This document shows, piece by piece, positions 1-6,744 of a DNA stretch of 12,032 nucleotides. The translations under genes were made by a program, and so were the position numbers. The stretch comes from an uncultured Methanosarcinaceae archaeon (GTDB taxonomy: Archaea; Halobacteriota; Methanosarcinia; Methanosarcinales; Methanosarcinaceae). The notes under the pieces were generated by a model. The model was not told where the DNA came from and did not search any database. It saw nothing but the letters and a program-made list of their open reading frames with translations. Every line of letters starts with the position of its first letter. Within the stretch, counting starts at the first letter, position 1. The stretch lies in NCBI GenBank assembly GCA_963721455.1, contig CAVRJG010000007.1, positions 1 through 12,032 on the forward strand, read 5' to 3'.

Positions 1-876
1 AATATGAAAAAACTGGTTGAGATAAAACGTAAAGACAAACGTCCTATCGTACTGATCTCGACTTTTGACGTTTTTGTTGACCTACCCTCCGACCGGAAGG
101 GAGCAAACCTTTCAAGGAACTTCGAAGCTGTAGATGAGGTGCTGGAAAAGGTGCTCAGTACACCTGTATACGAAATTGAGCAACTTTGCAGTGATATTGC
201 ACATAACCTGCTTGGCAGGCATGAATATGCCAACCAGGCCGAAGTTCGGATGAAAAGCGAATATATGATCAGGCGTGCTTCTCCAGCAACAGGGATCAAA
301 TGCCAGGAAGTCGTGAATATCTTTGCTGAAGCATCTGCTGTAAGGGGACAAGGCGACGATAACTATTTTGACGTAAAGAAAATGATAGGTGCCGAAGTTG
401 TAGGAATGACAGCCTGCCCCTGCGCTCAGGAGATTATGAGAGATAAAGCTGCAAATGAGCTTTCAGATCTTGGAGTTGAAAGAGACACGATCATAAAATT
501 CCTGGAAAGGGTCCCCATGGCTACCCATAACCAGCGAGGAAGGGGCATTATTTCAATCAAGGTAGCACATGACTTCGATGTTTCCCTTGAGAATATTATC
601 AACATTATTGAGCGCTCTATGAGTTCCAGCGTGTATGAGGTCCTGAAACGCTCGGACGAAAAAGTCGTTGTGGAAACTGCGCATATGAACCCGAAATTCG
701 TGGAAGACTGCGTAAGAACTATGGCAGACAATATAGTAAAAGAGTTTCCGAACCTTCCTGATAATGCAGTAATCACCATCAAACAGACCAATGAGGAAAG
801 TATTCACAGGCACAATGCTTTTGCCGAAAGGGTTGCCCTGATGGGAGATCTCAGGATGGAAATTAATCAAAGTTAA
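1..876 (+). CDS. mptA: GTP cyclohydrolase IV (MptA, FolE2 family), methanopterin biosynthesis; 5'-truncated by the window edge
   Basis: FolE2/MptA motifs [36 protein letters not shown]. The frame is open from base 1 (AAT ATG AAA) and the usual N-terminal LPDVQ segment is absent, so the real start is probably upstream. TAA at 874-876. Confidence 0.93.
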   Translation, partial: NMKKLVEIKRKDKRPIVLISTFDVFVDLPSDRKGANLSRNFEAVDEVLEKVLSTPVYEIEQLCSDIAHNLLGRHEYANQAEVRMKSEYMIRRASPATGIKCQEVVNIFAEASAVRGQGDDNYFDVKKMIGAEVVGMTACPCAQEIMRDKAANELSDLGVERDTIIKFLERVPMATHNQRGRGIISIKVAHDFDVSLENIINIIERSMSSSVYEVLKRSDEKVVVETAHMNPKFVEDCVRTMADNIVKEFPNLPDNAVITIKQTNEESIHRHNAFAERVALMGDLRMEINQS

Positions 877-891
877 AGAGATAAATCAATA

Positions 892-906
892 TCTTTTTTT
901 ATTTTA
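892..906 (+). terminator. Oligo-T archaeal terminator after mptA
   Basis: TCTTTTTTTATTTTA about 15 nt after the stop codon. Confidence 0.55.
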
Positions 907-963
907 TGATCTGGAAGTCTCTGAAAAAGCTCTGCTTGACAGAGACCTCTCAAAGGTTCAAGC

Positions 964-979
964 CACACAAACTTTATTA
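964..979 (+). promoter_or_regulatory. Putative BRE/TATA promoter for the DUF2098-like gene
   Basis: CACACAAA-CTTTATTA about 95 nt upstream of ATG 1075 and downstream of the mptA terminator. Confidence 0.35.
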
Positions 980-1074
980 GAGGGCCTGAATAACCTATAA
1001 GCAGTTAATTATACGAAGGGACTTGCAGGGCCTGAAATAAAATGCCAGCGTCCTGGAGCCCTCGAGGTGAGAGC

Positions 1075-1401
1075 ATGGCAGATGCTGAAGGAATCACAGC
1101 GGTAGGGCGGAACAAAAAAACCATTAAAGTAGGGGATGCTGTTAAGTACGTAAACAGCGACACAGTCAGCCGCGTGACTGAGATCAAAAAGGACGAGCAG
1201 GGAAAAGTGTGGGTTCTGCTCGAGAGTACCGATCTCTGGTACAGGGAAGAGACCCTGGAACCAACTGACATCAAACCTAAAGAAAAGAAAGAAGAAAGGA
1301 AACTCACTGCAGAAGAACTGGAAGAAAGATACCGGAAAGAGATAGAAACACTACAGGGTTTCGAGGTCGGAAAAGCCGGAGGTGGAGGAGCAGGAGGTTA
1401 A
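1075..1401 (+). CDS. Small conserved methanogen protein, DUF2098-like (beta-barrel-like N-terminus, charged helix, Gly-rich C-terminus)
   Basis: Strong SD GAGGTGA at 1064-1070 favours ATG 1075 over 1042. IKVGDAVKYVNSDTVSRV...WVLLESTDLWYREETLE resembles DUF2098 proteins (from recall). The protein ends KAGGGGAGG*. Confidence 0.75.
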   Translation: MADAEGITAVGRNKKTIKVGDAVKYVNSDTVSRVTEIKKDEQGKVWVLLESTDLWYREETLEPTDIKPKEKKEERKLTAEELEERYRKEIETLQGFEVGKAGGGGAGG

Positions 1402-1493
1402 TTTTTCTGCCTGCATTTTAATAACCTTCTCTTTTAAGATTTCCATTTTTTCCACATTTCAACATATTTTCGGGAATTCCCGGTTCTTCAGTA
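1402..1493. terminator. Convergent intergenic termination zone
   Basis: Several T4-T6 runs on + right after the stop at 1401, between two convergent genes. Confidence 0.45.
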
Positions 1494-2927
1494 TCATTTT
1501 TCCTGTAGTTTTATCCTTTCTGCAAGGATACATTTCCCACCGTGTCTGCCGCCGAGAGGGTTTTGTGGTGAGCCCAGGGAATTCATGCAGCGAGCCATCA
1601 CGGCTGCGCCCCTGGCAAGTCCGTCATCTACAAAGACTACCCGTTCGTCTATTCTCGGAGCAAGGTTCATTTCTTCAAGGCACTTCAGGATCAGTTTGGG
1701 TTTATTCCCTGTAATACCTGCCCTGCCGGTAATTCCGATCGTTGTATCTTCAAAAATAAGCCTTTCTTCTTTTGCGACCTTGATAAGCCTGCAGACAACA
1801 CCTGCCATAACCTCGTCAATGACCGCGTAAACAACCTGAAGTCCATGAGTTTTACAGATTTCCATACCTATAGCACTGAGTTTACCCATATCGGTGCCGT
1901 TTTCTCCTACATCGCAACCTATAAGCGTCACACCTATCTGCTCGGCTGCATCCGGCCTTACAGGCACGCTCCCGTATCTCTTTCTGTCCTTTGGGACTTT
2001 TTCTATAATAATGAGTTCATGAATACGCTTTGCATACCCCTCAATAGCTTTAGCCTTCATCTTCAGGGTAAGGAAAGAAGGCGGTTTTTGTTTCTCAAAG
2101 ACTTCGAGAGCAGTTCCTACTTTTGAATCCACTATTTTCGAACCCCGGATAATGGCATCAGGAATTGCTCCGGCATAGCCGCAGAAGTTTCCCACTGTTT
2201 TTGCATACGGTTGATCTGAATTTGTGATCCTGCCATCAAGGGTTGTCCCGAAGTCAATTGAAATGCAGGGATTTCTGAAATCGACATCCGTAAGTTTGGC
2301 TGCTTCCTTAATCCCGGCTGTTGCAAGCTCCCCTTCCATTTCGTTTGCAACGATCTCAACACCAGTGGAACCTATCGGGGGCAATACTCCGGCTACAGCC
2401 CCATCAAAGATTACTTTTTCCAGTTTACTGTATTTCTGGAATTTTTTAGAGATATTCAAAATAGACATCGGAGGGGTCATATTCTTTGGCGGAACTCCTG
2501 CAATAAGACAGCCGTCTGCCAGAGCTTTGATGAATTCACCCACCTCTTCCGGGGAATCGAACCCTGCAACAACACCTGTGGAGCGCACCACAAAATTCAG
2601 ATCAGTTTTTACATCCAGACTCGCTCTTTCCAGTGATTCGGTAAGCGTGCTGCGCACCAGTTCCGCAACAGCCTCACGGGTAAGTTCCACACCTGTAAGC
2701 GTTTTCCCGAATACGGCTTCTCCAGGTCTCGGAGGACGGACATCCCTGGTCATCCGCACGACCTTATTTATGATGTGGGTCCTGCCAGTATCCATATTGG
2801 TAGCCGTAAGGACAGATTTGGTTGTGGTATTTCCGACCTCTAAGGAAGCCACGATAAAGAAAGGTTTGGACTTAAGGTCAATCAAACGAACCTGAGGGGA
2901 TTCTGTAATTCTTGGTTTTAGAGCCAT
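1494..2927 (-). CDS. Methanogenesis marker protein 14 (DUF2114-like)
   Basis: 477 aa with VASLEVGNTTTKSVLTATN, FVVRSTGVVAGF, ANEMEGEL, SIDFGTTLDGR, DDGLARGAAVMARCMNSLG and PLGGRHGGKCIL, which I recognise as typical of this family. Purine-rich SD-like AGGAAGGA just upstream on the minus strand. Confidence 0.88.
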   Translation of the reverse strand: MALKPRITESPQVRLIDLKSKPFFIVASLEVGNTTTKSVLTATNMDTGRTHIINKVVRMTRDVRPPRPGEAVFGKTLTGVELTREAVAELVRSTLTESLERASLDVKTDLNFVVRSTGVVAGFDSPEEVGEFIKALADGCLIAGVPPKNMTPPMSILNISKKFQKYSKLEKVIFDGAVAGVLPPIGSTGVEIVANEMEGELATAGIKEAAKLTDVDFRNPCISIDFGTTLDGRITNSDQPYAKTVGNFCGYAGAIPDAIIRGSKIVDSKVGTALEVFEKQKPPSFLTLKMKAKAIEGYAKRIHELIIIEKVPKDRKRYGSVPVRPDAAEQIGVTLIGCDVGENGTDMGKLSAIGMEICKTHGLQVVYAVIDEVMAGVVCRLIKVAKEERLIFEDTTIGITGRAGITGNKPKLILKCLEEMNLAPRIDERVVFVDDGLARGAAVMARCMNSLGSPQNPLGGRHGGKCILAERIKLQEK

Positions 2928-3281
2928 TTTTAATTCCTTCCTGAGGGCCTGTACATAAATGCGATTTAAGGGGGGATTATGTTGAAAACTTATTCTGAAG
3001 ACAATTCAGGCTTATTTGAAGCTTATTCGGACTGAACTGAAGTCAGTTAGAATGATTCGAATCTAATACTTAGAGGCAGCATTTGGACATCAAAATACTT
3101 TTGGAGAAGCAGCATCTCCGGAACTCTATGAAGAACTCAACAAAAATATAGTTTATTAAAAGATTAAAGAAAATATTCACCAAAGTCTATAATAACCTTT
3201 GCTAAAATATTCAAATGGAAAATTCAGTGAGGTTTCAACCCCATCTACATCTTCAATTTCATCCGTATATACGATGTTATT

Positions 3282-3362
3282 CCTGTTTACCGGCCTGTTT
3301 TTAGTGCTTGTCTTTCAGTACCTGCTCTTTAGTATTTGTCTTTTAATGCCTGCCTTTTCGTT
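3282..3362. repeat. Degenerate tandem repeat, period about 14 bp, 6 units
   Basis: cctgtttaccgg / cctgtttttagtg / cttgtctttcagta / cctgctctttagta / tttgtcttttaatg / cctgccttttcgtt. Confidence 0.7.
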
Positions 3363-3410
3363 CACTTCAGAACGGCATTTTCAGGTGAAATCCTATAAAC
3401 GTCCATAAGA

Positions 3411-3466
3411 ATAAATTATAACACATAATTATAAAGAGCATAAATTATAAATGATACAACTATAAA
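3411..3466. repeat. Four TATA-like direct repeats (ATAA(A)TTATAA) spaced 14-16 bp apart
   Basis: ataaattataa 3411, ataattataaa 3425, ataaattataaa 3440, acaactataaa 3456. Confidence 0.6.
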
Positions 3467-3600
3467 AAAATGCATATTAATATACACTTAATCAATATAA
3501 TAACCAATATTCCTTTAAGGCTTGCACTAAATTCATCCTTGGAATGAAGCGCATGGCAACATCCTGAAGTTATCATGTAAACCTCTATAGGAGGCTCTTA

Positions 3601-4776
3601 ATGCCGCTTGATCCTATCTGCAAGAAAATTATATCTGACAATACTCAATATGTTTCGGACTACGGGGGGAAAAAATATTATTTCTGCAGTCCCGAATGCA
3701 AACAAAAGTTCGATGTGCTGGAAAAAAGTGTAATCCGGCTCAAACGAAGCCTTAGTGAAAAAGAAAAAATTTCGTTTGGAAAACTGAAAAAAGATATTAT
3801 AAAGCCAGGCATCTGTACTCTCTGCGGAGCCTGCGCGGCAAGCTGCGAGTATATAACTATCGAGGACGGCACCCCAAAACTGATTGGTCCCTGCAAAGCC
3901 TGCGGGGTCTGTTACTACCAGTGCCCAAGAACCATAACCACAGAAGAGGGGCTTATAGGAAGTTTACGGTACGCATACGCAGCAAAATCTGCTATCCCTG
4001 AAGTAAAGGGTCAGGACGGAGGGGTTGTGACCTCTCTCCTCCTGTACGCCCTGGACGAAGGACTGATCGACTGTGCCGTGGTCACAATCCGCTCAAAAGA
4101 AGAACCCTGGAAACCCGTACCCATCGTAGCAAAAACCAGGGAGGAGATTCTTGAGAGCAGCGGCAGTGTCTATTCGCATTCCATGACGCTTGAAGCCCTT
4201 ATGAGTGCAGTCAAACAGGGAATGAACAGCGTCGCCTTTGTAGGGACGAGCTGCAATATAGATGCTGTTACTAAAATGCAGAAAAGTTCTTTCGGGTTCC
4301 TGCACCTTTTCATGAGGGCAAAGGTTCTCAAACTTGGGCTCTTTTGCATGGATACCTTCTCCTATGAGGGTATCAAAGCAGTGTTTGAAAGCTATGGAAT
4401 CACACTGGAAAACGTAGATGCCATGAAAATCCGGAAAGGAAAGTTCGAAGTCACTCTGAAAGGTGGAAAAGAACATATCTTCGAACTTAGCGAATTTGAC
4501 GAATACCGGAGTTCTTCCTGCCGTTTCTGCACGGACCTCACAGCAGAAAATTCAGATATTTCATTTGGCGGAGTTGGCAGCCCCAGAGGCTGGACCACAG
4601 TTCTCGCCCGCTCAGCCTTAGGGTACGAAATCTTCAACGAAGCCGTAGACAACGGCTACATCGAAGCTCGACACCTTACCGACGACGAACTTGAAAAAGT
4701 ACTCAACCTTGCAAAAATGAAAAAAGTCCAGATGTACGATCTTCACAGGAGAGAAGGCATAAAAAAAGCAGAATGA
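3601..4776 (+). CDS. F420-dependent oxidoreductase beta subunit (FrhB/FpoF-like) with N-terminal YHS/TRASH domain and 2[4Fe-4S] ferredoxin module
   Basis: YHS/TRASH pattern DPICKK...YGGKKYYFCSPECKQKF. Ferredoxin motifs CTLCGACAASC and CKACGVCYYQCP. FrhB motifs GQDGGVVTSLL, VGTSCN, GLFCM, CRFCTD, DISFGGVGSPRGWTTV. SD AGGAGG at 3589-3594. Confidence 0.9.
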   Translation: MPLDPICKKIISDNTQYVSDYGGKKYYFCSPECKQKFDVLEKSVIRLKRSLSEKEKISFGKLKKDIIKPGICTLCGACAASCEYITIEDGTPKLIGPCKACGVCYYQCPRTITTEEGLIGSLRYAYAAKSAIPEVKGQDGGVVTSLLLYALDEGLIDCAVVTIRSKEEPWKPVPIVAKTREEILESSGSVYSHSMTLEALMSAVKQGMNSVAFVGTSCNIDAVTKMQKSSFGFLHLFMRAKVLKLGLFCMDTFSYEGIKAVFESYGITLENVDAMKIRKGKFEVTLKGGKEHIFELSEFDEYRSSSCRFCTDLTAENSDISFGGVGSPRGWTTVLARSALGYEIFNEAVDNGYIEARHLTDDELEKVLNLAKMKKVQMYDLHRREGIKKAE

Positions 4777-4787
4777 AAAGATACTCT

Positions 4788-4934
4788 TCTTGAGCAAACG
4801 AAACAAGGGAAAAGGATCGCAAGCTCATCTTTTTTAGCCTCCTGAAAAACTCAATTCTACTGCCCATGAATTAGTCCTCTTGAACGAGCGAAGCGAGGAA
4901 AAAGGGCAGCGTACTCCCGAGGCGCAATTCGGGA
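4788..4934. repeat. Intergenic repeat element: one better-preserved copy (4878-4934) and one decayed partial copy (4788-4815)
   Basis: tcttgagcaaacgaaacaagggaaaagg vs tcttgaacgagcgaagcgaggaaaaagg, 22/28 identical. The second copy ends in the hairpin TCCCGA-ggcgcaat-TCGGGA (4915-4934). Confidence 0.6.
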
Positions 4935-4950
4935 TGAATATATATTTATT
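4935..4950 (+). promoter_or_regulatory. Putative TATA box for gatCAB
   Basis: TGAATATATATTTATT about 75-85 nt upstream of the gatC ATG. SD GAGGA at 5012-5016. Confidence 0.45.
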
Positions 4951-5022
4951 TCATTAACCTGTTTCTATTATGCAGCGCCAATGGCATTTTATTCAGGATC
5001 ATTCTATTTTTGAGGAACTTTC

Positions 5023-5304
5023 ATGATTACAAAAGAAGATGTAGAACACATCGGCTGGCTTGCTCGCATTGAGATCAGCGAACAGGAAACGGTCGAATAC
5101 ATGGAAAAACTTAACTCAGTATTGGGATACTTCGGACAGCTTGATGAATTGCCAACCGAAGATGTGGCTCCCACTTATCATGTGGCTGAGATCTATAACG
5201 TGTTCAGGGAGGATGTGGTGGAAGAATGCCTCCCGCAGGAAACTGTTCTTGCAAACACCGACCACAAACAGGATGGGACTTTCAGGGTCCCGAAAATTGG
5301 CTGA
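5023..5304 (+). CDS. gatC: Asp-tRNA(Asn)/Glu-tRNA(Gln) amidotransferase subunit C
   Basis: MITKEDVEHIGWLARI...NVFRED...FRVPKI, 93 aa, directly upstream of gatA. Confidence 0.96.
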   Translation: MITKEDVEHIGWLARIEISEQETVEYMEKLNSVLGYFGQLDELPTEDVAPTYHVAEIYNVFREDVVEECLPQETVLANTDHKQDGTFRVPKIG

Positions 5305-5316
5305 GGAGGGTTTTTG

Positions 5317-6744
5317 ATGGCAAAATGGATGAGTGTTGCACAAGTTAAAGAGAAAATTGAAGAAAACTCAGCCGAAGAGGTAACAGCTCGCTACCTCGAA
5401 GTTATAGAAAAGAGCAAAATTAACGGCTATGTAACAGTTTCCGAAAAGGCCCTTGAACAGGCCAGAAAAATCGATACCGAAGGGCACGAGGGCTCCCTGG
5501 CAGGCGTGCCAATAGCAATTAAAGATAACATTTCCGTAGTCGGGCTGCCAAACAGCTGCGGCTCGAAAATTCTTGAGGGTTATGTCCCGCCATTTAATGC
5601 TCATGTTATCGAAAAACTTCTTGCTGCCGGAGCCGTAATTCTGGGAAAGACCAACATGGATGAGTTTGCAATGGGTTCTTCAACTGAAACCAGCTATTTC
5701 GGGCCTACTGCAAATCCCTGGGACCTTGAAAGAGTGCCGGGCGGGTCTTCCGGTGGCAGTGCAGCAGTTGTTGCAGCAGGAGAAGCTCCTTTTGCTCTTG
5801 GTTCGGATACAGGAGGATCTGTACGCTGTCCTGCAGCTTTCTGCGGGGTTGTTGGGCTTAAACCAACATATGGGGCAGTTTCAAGGTACGGAGTTGTGGC
5901 TTACGCAAATTCCCTTGAACAGGTCGGGCCTCTTGCAAACAATGTGGCAGATATTGCAGTGCTGATGGATGTTATCGCTGGCTACGACCGCAGGGATTCC
6001 ACTTCAATTAACAGTAAAATCGAACACCAGAAAGCCCTTGTAGATGATGTAAAAAACCTGAAAATCGGGATTCCGAAGGAGTTTTTCGGGGAAGGCATCC
6101 ATCCGGATGTTGAAAAAGCCGTATGGAACGCCATACACAAATATGAAAACCTCGGAGCGGCCTGGGAAGAGGTCTCGATGCCGAACATAAAGTATGCTCT
6201 TGCTTCTTATTACATAATTGCAATGAGTGAAGCATCCTCAAACCTGGCAAGGTTTGACGGAACACGTTACGGATTTAGAAAGAGCGGCGAAAACTGGCAT
6301 TCCATGGTTTCAAAGACCAGAGCTGAGGGTTTCGGGACAGAAGTGAAGAGAAGAATTCTCCTTGGGACCTATGCCCTTTCGGCAGGGTATCATGACAAGT
6401 ATTATTTAAAAGCCCTGAAGGTCAGGACTCTTGTGAAGCAGGACTTTGATAATGCGCTTTCAAAAGTTGACCTGCTCATGGCTCCGACTATGCCGAACCC
6501 TGCTTTCAAGATAGGAGAGAAAATTGAAGACCCACTTACTCTCTACCTCTCGGACGTGAATACCTGCCCGATCAATCTTGCAGGCGTGCCCTCGATTTCA
6601 GTGCCCTGTGGCTTCACTGACGGCCTTCCGATCGGGCTTCAGATAATGGGCAAACCCTTTGATGAGCCTGCTGTCCTGCGTGCAGCCTACACTTTCGAGC
6701 AGAATACCGATTACCACACAAAAAGACCTCAGGAGGTGGCGTAA
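5317..6744 (+). CDS. gatA: Asp-tRNA(Asn)/Glu-tRNA(Gln) amidotransferase subunit A
   Basis: Amidase signature: [76 protein letters not shown] overlaps the gatC stop. ATG 5317 (TTG 5314 is an alternative). Confidence 0.98.
   Translation: MAKWMSVAQVKEKIEENSAEEVTARYLEVIEKSKINGYVTVSEKALEQARKIDTEGHEGSLAGVPIAIKDNISVVGLPNSCGSKILEGYVPPFNAHVIEKLLAAGAVILGKTNMDEFAMGSSTETSYFGPTANPWDLERVPGGSSGGSAAVVAAGEAPFALGSDTGGSVRCPAAFCGVVGLKPTYGAVSRYGVVAYANSLEQVGPLANNVADIAVLMDVIAGYDRRDSTSINSKIEHQKALVDDVKNLKIGIPKEFFGEGIHPDVEKAVWNAIHKYENLGAAWEEVSMPNIKYALASYYIIAMSEASSNLARFDGTRYGFRKSGENWHSMVSKTRAEGFGTEVKRRILLGTYALSAGYHDKYYLKALKVRTLVKQDFDNALSKVDLLMAPTMPNPAFKIGEKIEDPLTLYLSDVNTCPINLAGVPSISVPCGFTDGLPIGLQIMGKPFDEPAVLRAAYTFEQNTDYHTKRPQEVA

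Noticed and set aside
1042-1074. Upstream ATG for the DUF2098-like gene
   Set aside because: The strong SD GAGGTGA sits just before ATG 1075 and none precedes 1042.
2224-2895. 223-aa ORF on + (and other antisense or overlapping ORFs such as 426-791, 7207-7692, 8436-8861)
   Set aside because: They lie opposite well-supported genes, are biased in composition as expected for antisense shadows, and carry no recognisable motifs.
3026-3034. ATTCGGACT matches 9 of the 10 bases of the IS target duplication
   Set aside because: A single short match with no IS ends nearby, plausible by chance.
3199-3408. 69-aa hydrophobic ORF, and a short acidic frame on the minus strand (NIVYTDEIEDVDGVETSLNFPFEYF)
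   Set aside because: The hydrophobicity comes from the T-rich 14-bp repeat. It has a TTG start and no SD. The minus frame has an upstream stop and no good start.
3282-3466. Repeats considered as a CRISPR array
   Set aside because: Units are only 11-14 bp, degenerate and without unique spacers, and no cas genes are present.
3582-3594. CCTC-tatag-GAGG hairpin covering the SD of the YHS-FrhB gene
   Set aside because: A 4-bp stem is too weak to support a riboswitch or thermometer claim without further data.
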